DNA from: an uncultured Chloroflexia bacterium
GTDB lineage: Bacteria; Chloroflexota; Limnocylindria; QHBO01
Direction: 5' to 3'
Assembly (NCBI GenBank): GCA_963699235.1
Contig: OY969424.1
Span: 887,898 to 951,897 of the forward strand
Length of the DNA: 64,000 nt
The notes under the pieces are model-generated. The model did no database searches. It saw only the letters and a program-made list of their open reading frames with translations, and was not told the DNA's origin. Shown in pieces: positions 31,628-39,810 of the stretch. The stretch's first letter is position 1; each line of letters begins with the position of its first letter. The position numbers were made by a program, and so were the translations under genes.

Positions 31628-32584
31628 TCAGTGGCCGCCGTGGGTCCGGCTTCGGGTGGTGACGTAGATGTCCGTCATTCCTTCCGGGCCGGGTGCTCGT
31701 CCGAAGTACAGGGTCTTCCCATCGAGGGAGAACGATGCCCGCGTCTCGTTCGCGCTGGTGTTCAGCTCGGTCACGGCCATCGGCGCCGACCAGGGATCCG
31801 AAGTTCCGGAACGGGTCGCGACGTAGATGTCGAACCCGCCGGCTCCGCCGGTGCGGTCGGAGTCAAAGACGATCTCGAGACCGTCGGCCCGAACGTTCGG
31901 CCGCAGGTCGTTTGATGTCGTGTTCAGCGCGGCCACGGGGACGGCGGGTCCGAAGGATCCGTTCGACTGCATGGTGCTATCCACGATGTCCGGGCCGCTC
32001 GAGAAGTACAGGTGCAGCCGGCCACCGCCCAGGAACACCGAAGGGCCTGCTTCGCCGAGGGCGGTGTTGGGACCGCCATTCACCTGGCAGCCGAGGTTTT
32101 CCGGAGTCGTCCAGCCGCCGCCGAACAACCGCTGCCGGGCGACGTAGATGTCGCCGGCCCCACAGCCGCCCAGACGGGCACTGACGAAGAACAGGATCTT
32201 GCCGATAACGGGCGTGGGACAGAAGTCGTCCGCGGTGCTGTTGATCGCATCACCCAGGTTCACCGGGGCACCGAACGGTGCACTCGGGCTCGCCCGGTGG
32301 GCGACCCAGATGTCGAGGTCGGTCCGTGGATCGCCCACGTACCGTGGCCGGTTGGAGGCGAAGTAGAGGCTCTTGCCGTCGGGCGACTGGATCGGGCAGC
32401 CGTCCACCGACGGAGAGTTGATGTCGGCATGGTTGCCGGCAATGGTGTCCACCTTCTGGGGCGCGGCCCAGCTGGAGAACGACCCGCCGGCGACGGTGCC
32501 GACGAGCGTCGCCACCAGCACGAGGGCCGCCGTGGCGGCCGCCGCGAGGCGGGCATGTCGCCGATTCGTGACGCTGGGTCCCAT
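31628..32584 (-). CDS. Exported PD40/TolB-like beta-propeller protein
   Basis: Signal peptide; repeats SPDGKSLYFASNR, ADGLEIVFDSDRTGG, SLDGKTLYF, DIYVATR. Confidence 0.8.
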   Translation of the reverse strand: MGPSVTNRRHARLAAAATAALVLVATLVGTVAGGSFSSWAAPQKVDTIAGNHADINSPSVDGCPIQSPDGKSLYFASNRPRYVGDPRTDLDIWVAHRASPSAPFGAPVNLGDAINSTADDFCPTPVIGKILFFVSARLGGCGAGDIYVARQRLFGGGWTTPENLGCQVNGGPNTALGEAGPSVFLGGGRLHLYFSSGPDIVDSTMQSNGSFGPAVPVAALNTTSNDLRPNVRADGLEIVFDSDRTGGAGGFDIYVATRSGTSDPWSAPMAVTELNTSANETRASFSLDGKTLYFGRAPGPEGMTDIYVTTRSRTHGGH

Positions 32585-32648
32585 GGTGTGTTCCTCATCC
32601 AGTTGCGGTTTGCGGATGAGGCACCTGCGCAGGGCCTGTACTGGGATA

Positions 32649-32674
32649 GAGGCCGTGTAGACCCCGATCGGTTC
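32649..32674 (-). promoter_or_regulatory. Putative ECF promoter variant for the PD40 gene
   Basis: GAACC-N16-GCCTC upstream of 32584. Confidence 0.45.
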
Positions 32675-32711
32675 AGTAATCGGCGCCGTCGGCGGTTGTC
32701 CGCGGCACGGC

Positions 32712-34178
32712 TCAGTCGAGGAAGGTGAAGCTCTCCAGCATCTGGACGAGGTACTCGTCGTCGATCTCGCCGAAGGTGACGAGCCACCAGTCGAAGGCCA
32801 GCACGACGGGCTGGCCTTCGCGCACGGTGAAGACCTGGTAGAGCACGCCCGGGCAGCCTAGACAGTTACCTCCGGCCGACTCGGCGATTCCGATGTCCGC
32901 GTACGGGCCGGGAAGCAGCGGGTAGTCCGGCCAGTTCACACGGGCATCACCACCGGACAGCACGTAGTCTGCTGCCGAGTCTCCTTCGGGCATTCCGTCT
33001 CCGCCGACCTCCACGAAGTAGGTCGGCATGGCGACAAGCCCCAGATCCATGTCCCCCAGCGTTGGCGCGGTCAGCGGCTGGCAAACGATCTCTGCGGTCG
33101 TGGAGCCGTCGAGCGGCTCGGGGATGCAGTTGGCGAACACCGATCCGTCGGGTAAACCGACGCTGATCGCCAGACCCGGAGCCTGCTCCGACCCAAACCC
33201 GGTGCCCTGGCCGAATGCCTGCACGCCTGGGTACGGGTCGCCGTTCGGATCCGAAAGATCAGCGGCGCTCTCCTGCCAGAAGCGCGGCATGAGCATCTCG
33301 TATCCGTCGTCGGGGTTCGAGTACAGGATCAGCTCGGTGGGATCGACAAAGGGCGGTGGACTGCCTCCCGCTCCGGGGTCGAGGAACTGGAAGCTGTCTC
33401 GCATCGCTTCGACCCGAGCGAGATCGGCAGTCCCCATGGGCTCGGCCCAGTACAGGATGATCGGGCGGTAGTTGTGGAACGTCGACACGTAGGTGAGCTG
33501 AAGGTCGGTGATCACTGCCCGGTCCTGGCCTGCGGGCTCCCGGTCGAGGGTCGTTTCCGTGTATTCCACCGGGCAGGCGCCGTCACAGCGGTCGAGCCAA
33601 CCCTCCTGGGAGATCGGCCCGGTGTAGTCCGAAGGCACGACGGGCACCGAGTAGCCGTAATCGATCGTCAGGCAGGTGTTGTAGTCAGGGAGTGGCGGCG
33701 CGCAGATCGAGACTTCGCCGCCGTCGAAGATCGAGGTCCCGTAGCTGATCATGAGCTCGCCACTCGGACCGGAGAACAGCTTCGCATCGGGGAACCCGGA
33801 GTCGACCTCCAGCCAGTTGGCCGGAATCAGGAGCTGATATCCGGCCTCCTCGGAGATGTACGGGACGAGCGCGTCCGCGGCGGGCGACGGACTCTGGCTC
33901 GGGGTGGGCGTCGGCGTTTCGTCGCCGACGAGGACCGGGCCAAGCACCACACCTAGACCGATGGCCAGGACGAGGATCACCGCCGCCCACGCCACCGGCG
34001 ACTCGACCATCCATGACCACATGGCAGTGATGCGGCCGCTCTCCTGCGGCGTGGTGGCGACCTCGAGCATCGCCCGCTCGGCGATCCGATCCGGCCCGGT
34101 GTCCGGACCCTCGTGCATCCAGGTCCCCAAGAGGGCGTCGAGCTCGGCGTCGTTCATCGGTCGATCGCGTCCGGTCAT
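32712..34178 (-). CDS. Putative anti-sigma/sensor 1: cytoplasmic N-domain, one TM helix, two PsbP-like repeats
   Basis: LGTWMHEGPDTGPDRIAERAMLEVATTPQ, TM helix, PT linker, two repeats; ATGA-coupled to the sigma gene. Confidence 0.7.
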   Translation of the reverse strand: MTGRDRPMNDAELDALLGTWMHEGPDTGPDRIAERAMLEVATTPQESGRITAMWSWMVESPVAWAAVILVLAIGLGVVLGPVLVGDETPTPTPSQSPSPAADALVPYISEEAGYQLLIPANWLEVDSGFPDAKLFSGPSGELMISYGTSIFDGGEVSICAPPLPDYNTCLTIDYGYSVPVVPSDYTGPISQEGWLDRCDGACPVEYTETTLDREPAGQDRAVITDLQLTYVSTFHNYRPIILYWAEPMGTADLARVEAMRDSFQFLDPGAGGSPPPFVDPTELILYSNPDDGYEMLMPRFWQESAADLSDPNGDPYPGVQAFGQGTGFGSEQAPGLAISVGLPDGSVFANCIPEPLDGSTTAEIVCQPLTAPTLGDMDLGLVAMPTYFVEVGGDGMPEGDSAADYVLSGGDARVNWPDYPLLPGPYADIGIAESAGGNCLGCPGVLYQVFTVREGQPVVLAFDWWLVTFGEIDDEYLVQMLESFTFLD

Positions 34179-34726
34179 GCCGTCCACCTTCCGGCGCCGG
34201 GTCGGGCGTCAGCCTCGAGTGCCCCCCGGAGCGCCGTCCGACCGGCCGCCGATCGCGACTTCACCGTCCCGAGCGGGATGCCGAGCATCTCCGCAATCTG
34301 GGGGTGACCGAGGTCGAGGTAGTACTGGAGGACGAGGACCGCCCGCTGCTCGGCCGGTAGGCGGGCGAAGGCCCGCTCCAGCATGTCGCGGTCGGCGACG
34401 CTGACCTGGGAGTCGCCCGCGGCGGCATCGGTGTCGAGGAGGTGGAGCCCGTCGGGGTTGCGCTTCCCCCGACGGGTCTCGGCGTAGCAGGTGTTGACCA
34501 GGATCCGATACGCCCAGCCTTCGAACTTCTCCGGATCCGACAGCTTGGGCAGCTTGCGCCAGATCTGGACGAGGGCCTGCTGGGTCGCGTCCTCGGCCCG
34601 GTGGTAGTCGCGGAGGATGCGCTGGGCGACGGTGAACAGGCGCGGGCTAATGGCAAAGGCGAGTTCGGAGAACGCCCCCTGGTCTCCTCGCTGGGCCAGC
34701 TCCACGAGCCTCCGCTCCACAGACAT
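34175..34726 (-). CDS. ECF RNA polymerase sigma factor 1
   Basis: AQRGDQGAF, AEDATQQA, FEGWAYRIL, QRAVLVLQYY, GIPLGTVKSR. Confidence 0.92.
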   Translation of the reverse strand: MSVERRLVELAQRGDQGAFSELAFAISPRLFTVAQRILRDYHRAEDATQQALVQIWRKLPKLSDPEKFEGWAYRILVNTCYAETRRGKRNPDGLHLLDTDAAAGDSQVSVADRDMLERAFARLPAEQRAVLVLQYYLDLGHPQIAEMLGIPLGTVKSRSAAGRTALRGALEADARPGAGRWTA

Positions 34727-34734
34727 ACCTCGGT

Positions 34735-34793
34735 GCGGCCCGATTGGGCGGGCCCGCTCAGCGCGTTTGATGCCCGAGCCCGCGGTTCGGTTC
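34735..34793 (-). promoter_or_regulatory. Putative autoregulatory ECF promoter plus 5'-UTR hairpin (sigma 1)
   Basis: GAACC(34793-34789)-N15-GCATC(34773-34769), then TGAGCGGGCCCG-cccaat-CGGGCCGC ahead of the GAGG RBS. Confidence 0.65.
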
Positions 34794-34824
34794 GATTATC
34801 GGATCTGGCCGAACCGCATCGGGC

Positions 34825-36165
34825 TCAATCGATGAAGCGGATGCTCGAGCTGATCTCGTCCCAAAGTCCCGGCCCGGAGAAGACGGGGCCCCACTGGAGG
34901 ATTACGGCTCGCTCATTTCGGATGAATACGAGGTATCGCTCCGTACCGGGGCCGGTCATGGGTCCTGGGGGGCTTATGGTGACCCGGGCCGCGGCGACAC
35001 CGTCGAGGATGACCCGTTGATCCCTCACGGTTGGACTCATGGTCGGCTCGAGCCCCCAACGGACGCGGTACTCCCCTCGAGCGACGCCGATGAGATCGTC
35101 CATGGAGCGAGCCTCGACCAGTTGGCAGGGCGCCAAGACGAGACACGTCGAGATGTGACCACTCTGATCGCCGGCTCGAACCTGGACGCTTCCACTCGTG
35201 CCACGAATGGTGACCACCGCCGGGTCAGCACCGGCGTCAACCACCCAGTCCGACGGAATGTCAACAGCGACACCGGCGTTGGCGAGTTCGACCGTCTTCC
35301 ACGTCGTTAGGTCGGAGTCGTCGGGGCTCGGGATGGGGCTTTCGTGGAGATCCAGGAACCGGAAGCCCTGGATGAGCGCCCGGACCCAGCCGATGTCATT
35401 CGACTGACGCCCCACGCCGTAGGCGTACTTGTCGAACGACAGGACGATGGGGCGGCCGTTGTGGATCGCGAACAGATGGTGGAACTGTGGCCCGGCTTCG
35501 ATCAGTCCGCCGGCAAAGGTCACGTACTCGAGCCGCGCCGGCTCGCCGTCCAGAGTCACATCGACATCGTTGGTCGTGATACTCCGGCCTCTGGTACGGT
35601 ATTTGCGATGGCGGCGTCCAGCTCGTCGATCGTGGTCGCGACGATCGGACGGCATAGGCCAGGAGCGCAGTCGTAGACGGTCCCGTCGGCGGCGCCGATG
35701 CTCACTGTCAGGGCGCCGAAAGAAGAACCCCGCTTCGCCGGGGTGGGCGTCGCCAAATCTCATCGTCCCGGGCGGATCGGAGAAGAACTCGGCGGGGGTC
35801 CAGCGTGCGGGCAGCGTCAGCTCGTACCCATCCTCCTCGTTCGTGAAGACGACCATTCTTGACGGCGGGTCGGAGGCGTCCGGGGTCGGCGTGTCGGTGT
35901 ACCCAGGCGTCGGCGTCGCCTCCGTGCCAGGCGGCGGCAGCACCTGTCCAAGGCCGGCGCCCAGTGCCACGACCGCCGCTACGGCAGCCAGCGTCAGACC
36001 AACAGGGACAAGCGGCGATCCGCCGGTGAAGCGCAGCAGGCGACCCCGCCAGCGGCGCTGCGGGGTCCGTGCCGCGGTTCGCAGGGCAGACTCGACCATG
36101 AGGTCGGGTGCGACGACCGGCCCGTCGTCGAGCCAGTGGTCGAGGACGCGGGTGATGTCCGTCAT
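34825..36165 (-). CDS. Putative anti-sigma/sensor 2 with two PsbP-like repeats (compensating frameshifts near 35715 and 35590; true start may be 36193)
   Basis: LDHWLDDGPVVAPDLMVESALRTAARTPQ, TM helix, two repeats; the missing segment LTVSIGAADGTVYDCAPGLC lies in the 35556..35756 frame. Confidence 0.7.
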   Translation of the reverse strand: MTDITRVLDHWLDDGPVVAPDLMVESALRTAARTPQRRWRGRLLRFTGGSPLVPVGLTLAAVAAVVALGAGLGQVLPPPGTEATPTPGYTDTPTPDASDPPSRMVVFTNEEDGYELTLPARWTPAEFFSDPPGTMRFGDAHPGEAGFFFRRPDSEHRRRRRDRLRLRSWPMPSDRRDHDRRAGRRHRKYRTRGRSITTNDVDVTLDGEPARLEYVTFAGGLIEAGPQFHHLFAIHNGRPIVLSFDKYAYGVGRQSNDIGWVRALIQGFRFLDLHESPIPSPDDSDLTTWKTVELANAGVAVDIPSDWVVDAGADPAVVTIRGTSGSVQVRAGDQSGHISTCLVLAPCQLVEARSMDDLIGVARGEYRVRWGLEPTMSPTVRDQRVILDGVAAARVTISPPGPMTGPGTERYLVFIRNERAVILQWGPVFSGPGLWDEISSSIRFID

Positions 36166-36189
36166 CGGTCAGTGGGCGGCCGAAGGTGC

Positions 36190-36733
36190 TCATGCTGGTT
36201 GCGCTCCTGAGGCTGGGCGGGCATCGGCTTCCAGGGCGGCCCGGAGGGCCTGGCGTCCGGCATGGCTCCGCGACTTGACGGTGCCGAGCGGGACTTGCAG
36301 GAGCTCGGCGATCTCCGGGAGGCCCAGGTCCAGGTAGTGCTGGAGGACGAGGATCGCCCGCTGGTCGGCCGGGACGCGTCGGAAGGCCCGGTCGAGCTCG
36401 TCCCGGTCGGCGACGGACAGGGCGTCGTCCGGCGTTACGCCGTCCGGGATGACCGTCGGCCGGATGGTCGTCGCGCCGACCCTGGCGCGCCTCCGCATAG
36501 CAGGCGTGAACCAGGATCCGATACGCCCAGGCCTCGAACCGCGACTGGTCGCGAAGGCTGGGAAGGTCGCGCCAGATGGCGACGATCGCGTGCTGCGCGG
36601 CGTCGTCGGCTCGGTCGTGGTCGCGGAGGATGCGGTAGGCGATCGCGTAGAGCCGCGATCCCAGTGCGTGGGCCAACTCGGCGAAAGCCTCCTGGTCGCC
36701 TCGCTGTGCCTGTTCCACGATCCGCGGGTCCAC
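36190..36733 (-). CDS. ECF RNA polymerase sigma factor 2 (frameshift near 36490)
   Basis: AQRGDQEAF, ADDAAQHA, FEAWAYRIL in one frame; DRDELDRAF, QRAILVLQHY, GTVKSR in the other. Confidence 0.88.
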
Positions 36734-36747
36734 TCGTCGACCTCGAT

Positions 36748-36806
36748 GCGGCCCTCTTGGGCAGGTCCGCTCAATGGGAGGAGTGAGGGAGTGGTGGTCG
36801 CGGTTC
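36748..36806 (-). promoter_or_regulatory. Putative ECF promoter plus 5'-UTR hairpin (sigma 2)
   Basis: GAACC(36806-36802)-N16-CACTC(36785-36781), then TGAGCGGACCT-gcccaag-AGGGCCGC. Confidence 0.55.
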
Positions 36807-36837
36807 GATTATGCGCTCGGTGCCGCGTCTGATCGCC

Positions 36838-38271
36838 TCAATCGAGGAACCGGAAGGCGTCGATCAGCCGAAACGCCGATTGATGGTCACCCGCGCCATT
36901 CCTCAATGCCCAATGCTCGAAGGCGATCACTAGGGGACGCGCGTTGTGCACGGCGAAAAGGTGCTGGAATTGCGGCGTGGCGGTCCAGCCGTTGGGCGAG
37001 GTAATGCCTACATAGAGGGCAGGTTCGCCGTCCAGGGTTACGTCCTGACGGACCTCGGACATCCCGGGGACCCCCCCTAGGCCTTCCGTCAACGAGTCAA
37101 TGGCCTCGTCCATTTCCTCGATCGTGGTGCCCACTTCGTACGTGTGGAGGCACCCGCCGGCCTGACACAGGCGGATTCGGCCTCGGGAATCACCAACCGA
37201 AATCGTCATGAGAGCGGTGTACGGACGCTCGTAGCCCTCACCCCATCCGGCGATGGGTAGTGCTGGATCGACAGGTCCGAAGAAGGCGCCTTCTCCAAAC
37301 AGGTCGCTTCGCGGCTCCCAGGAGGAGGGCACACTGACCTCGTACCCACCTTCGTCCACCGCGTAGACGACAAGTCCTGACTCCGGAGTTTCCGGTGACG
37401 CCGTCGAATCAAGGAAGCGGAAGCTGCGCAAGATCGCGGTGTACGTCGACAAGACCTCCGGCTGACCGCCGACCCAGGACTCGATCTCGAAGGTCATCAC
37501 AACCGGCCGCCCGTCGTGAATGGCGTAGATGGAGCCGATGGCCCAACCGCCCCCCCCGAAGCCCAATCCGCCCGGATGGTCAGTAGCGGGATAGCGGAGA
37601 CGGGCAGGTTCTCCGTCAAGCTCGACATCAGCGATGTGCTCGACCAGCTCCCGACCCATCAGGTTGAAGCGATTCGGCCACGTGGCCTTGATCGCGTCCT
37701 CGAGCTCCTCGAGCGTATCCGCGGTGACCTGACGGCATACGACGGTGTAACAGAGGTCCACCTCGCCAGCAGGGCTGCCGACACTGATGCTCAACCCTCG
37801 CGGCAGCCCTCCGTCCAATACGTCCGGTCGCAGCCAGACTGTCCCTAGGTGGTTCGTCCATTCCAGGGGTAGGTCATAGATGCGATCCAGTCCCACCTCA
37901 TCCCAGGTGGCGGGCATAGTCAGCTCGTACCCGTCGACCGTGTTCTGGTAGAGCTGCCCACTCGGCTCTAATGACGGCGCGGGGACGTTTGAATCCTCCG
38001 GGCCAGGCGAGGCCGACGGGTCGGTCCCGACCAGCCCGGGCCCCAGGCCCAGCCCGAGGCCGATGAGCAGCGCCGCCACGGTGGCTGCCACCAACCCGAG
38101 GCGGAGGGTGGTCACGTCGATGGCGAACAGGCTCGGCCGAACTTGGCGGGTCGCTTGCAGATCGGTCAGGGCGGAGGCGACGACCCGATCAGCCGAAAGC
38201 CGAGGCCCGTCGCGGAACCAGCCATCAAGGAGGCCGTCCAGGTCAATCGGGCGCTTCGCCATCTCGCTCAT
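36838..38271 (-). CDS. Putative anti-sigma/sensor 3 with two PsbP-like repeats
   Basis: LDGWFRDGPRLSADRVVASALTDLQATRQ, TM helix, two repeats ending FRFLD; ATGA-coupled to the sigma gene. Confidence 0.7.
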   Translation of the reverse strand: MSEMAKRPIDLDGLLDGWFRDGPRLSADRVVASALTDLQATRQVRPSLFAIDVTTLRLGLVAATVAALLIGLGLGLGPGLVGTDPSASPGPEDSNVPAPSLEPSGQLYQNTVDGYELTMPATWDEVGLDRIYDLPLEWTNHLGTVWLRPDVLDGGLPRGLSISVGSPAGEVDLCYTVVCRQVTADTLEELEDAIKATWPNRFNLMGRELVEHIADVELDGEPARLRYPATDHPGGLGFGGGGWAIGSIYAIHDGRPVVMTFEIESWVGGQPEVLSTYTAILRSFRFLDSTASPETPESGLVVYAVDEGGYEVSVPSSWEPRSDLFGEGAFFGPVDPALPIAGWGEGYERPYTALMTISVGDSRGRIRLCQAGGCLHTYEVGTTIEEMDEAIDSLTEGLGGVPGMSEVRQDVTLDGEPALYVGITSPNGWTATPQFQHLFAVHNARPLVIAFEHWALRNGAGDHQSAFRLIDAFRFLD

Positions 38272-38816
38272 GCCGACTGCACCTCACGGGCGAGCGCGCG
38301 CTCATCCGCTTCCATGGCGGCCCGGAGCTGGCGCTTCGCCGCATGGCTGCGGGACCGCGCTGTCCCGACCGGGATGTCGAGCCGCTCGGCACACTGGTCC
38401 AGGGTCAGGCCCAAGTAGTGCTGAAGGACGAGGATGGCCCGATGCTCGACCGAGAGGCGGAGGAAGGCCTGCTCGAGCTGGTCCCGGTCGGCGAGGTCGG
38501 TTCCGGCTTGGTGAACGGGTCCATCGTCGGGCAGCAGGCTCCGGGTCGGGATCGCCCGGCGCTCACGGCGCAGCTCAGACCGGCACTCGTTGAGCAGGAT
38601 GCGGTAGGCCCAGCCCTCGAAACGGTCCGGGTCGCGGAGACGGGGGAGCTGCTGCCACATGGCAACGATCGCCTGCTGGGTCGCGTCCTCGGCCAGGTCG
38701 ACGTCGCGCACGATCCTGTGGGCGAGGTTCAGCCATCGGTCGCCCAGCGCGATCGAGATGGCGGAGAAGGCGTCTTCATCGCCATGCTGGGCTCGGATCA
38801 CCAGGTCACGCTCCAC
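38268..38816 (-). CDS. ECF RNA polymerase sigma factor 3
   Basis: AQHGDEDAF, AEDATQQA, FEGWAYRIL, HRAILVLQHY, IPVGTARSR; GTG start after GAGG. Confidence 0.92.
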   Translation of the reverse strand: MERDLVIRAQHGDEDAFSAISIALGDRWLNLAHRIVRDVDLAEDATQQAIVAMWQQLPRLRDPDRFEGWAYRILLNECRSELRRERRAIPTRSLLPDDGPVHQAGTDLADRDQLEQAFLRLSVEHRAILVLQHYLGLTLDQCAERLDIPVGTARSRSHAAKRQLRAAMEADERALAREVQSA

Positions 38817-38830
38817 GCGCTTGCCTCGCT

Positions 38831-38888
38831 GCGGACCTCTCAGGCAGGTCCGCTCACTGTAGAGATGCCGGGCAACGGCTTCCGTATC
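38831..38888 (-). promoter_or_regulatory. Putative ECF promoter plus 5'-UTR hairpin (sigma 3)
   Basis: GATAC(38888-38884)-N15-GCATC(38868-38864), then a perfect hairpin GCGGACCT-gcctgag-AGGTCCGC. Confidence 0.55.
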
Positions 38889-38913
38889 GATCTTCCTGCC
38901 TCGGGTCGCGGAT

Positions 38914-38945
38914 TTGACAAACATACCGATATCGGTATATATAAC
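38914..38945 (+). promoter_or_regulatory. Sigma70 promoter with palindromic operator for arsR
   Basis: TTGACA at 38914; perfect palindrome ATACCGATATCGGTAT at 38923-38938; TATATA/TATAAC. Confidence 0.7.
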
Positions 38946-38953
38946 CGTCCGAT

Positions 38954-39310
38954 ATGGCCCGAGCAGCTACGACGACCGACGCGTTCAACGCCGTGGCCGA
39001 GCCCCGTCGACGTCAGATCCTCGATGCGCTGGCGGAGGGCGAGCGCCCGGTGAACGATCTGGTGCTGTTGCTCGGCCTTGGCCAGCCCCAGGTGTCCAAG
39101 CACCTTCGGGTGCTGCGGGAAGTGGACCTGGTGGCGGTCCGAGACGAAGGACGGCAGCGGATGTATCGGCTGAATGGCCAGTCGCTCAAGCCCATCCACG
39201 ACTGGGTAAAGGCCTACGAGCAGTCGTGGAACGAGCGGTTCGAGGTGCTGGACGAGGTCCTGGATGAGCTGAAGACAGAGGAGCACGACAATGGTGGCCA
39301 TGACGACTAG
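38954..39310 (+). CDS. ArsR/SmtB family transcriptional regulator
   Basis: FNAVAEPRRRQIL, QPQVSKHLRVLRE, GRQRMY. Confidence 0.9.
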   Translation: MARAATTTDAFNAVAEPRRRQILDALAEGERPVNDLVLLLGLGQPQVSKHLRVLREVDLVAVRDEGRQRMYRLNGQSLKPIHDWVKAYEQSWNERFEVLDEVLDELKTEEHDNGGHDD

Positions 39311-39788
39311 CCAGTCGGCGGTAGTGACCCTCCCGACCGACACCCAGATCCTGGTTACCCGCGAGTTCGCCGCGCCGGCGCACCTGGTCTACCGGGCGTG
39401 GACCGAGCCGGAGCTGATCAAGCGCTGGTGGAACGCCAGGCGCGGCGAGGTGACCGTCGCCGATGTGGACCTCCGGGTCGGCGGGAAGTGGCGGTGGGTG
39501 ATGCTCGCCCACGGGACCACCGAGGTGGCCTTCCACGGGGAGTACCGCGAGATCGTCCCCGGCGAGCGCCTGGTCTACACCGAGATGTTCGAGATGCCGG
39601 GCGGGACCGATGACGACGCGCCCCTCAACACGGTCACCCTCACCGAGCAGGACGGTCGAACACTCATGACCTCCCTGACAGAGACGTACAGCGCTGAGGT
39701 CCGGGACATGATCATCGCGACCGGCATGGAAGCCGGGATGCAGGACGCGTATGACCTGCTCGAGGAGGTCGCGATCTCGCTGGCCTGA
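39300..39788 (+). CDS. SRPBCC/AHSA1-START domain protein
   Basis: [48 protein letters not shown]. Confidence 0.88.
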   Translation: MTTSQSAVVTLPTDTQILVTREFAAPAHLVYRAWTEPELIKRWWNARRGEVTVADVDLRVGGKWRWVMLAHGTTEVAFHGEYREIVPGERLVYTEMFEMPGGTDDDAPLNTVTLTEQDGRTLMTSLTETYSAEVRDMIIATGMEAGMQDAYDLLEEVAISLA

Positions 39789-39810
39789 GCACGCCGGGTA
39801 CCATGTGGAC

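Noticed and set aside
29704-38271. Diversity-generating retroelement or invertase shufflon behind the sensor variability
   Set aside because: No reverse transcriptase, recombinase, near-identical TR/VR pair or inverted recombination sites were seen; divergence is old and at the protein level.
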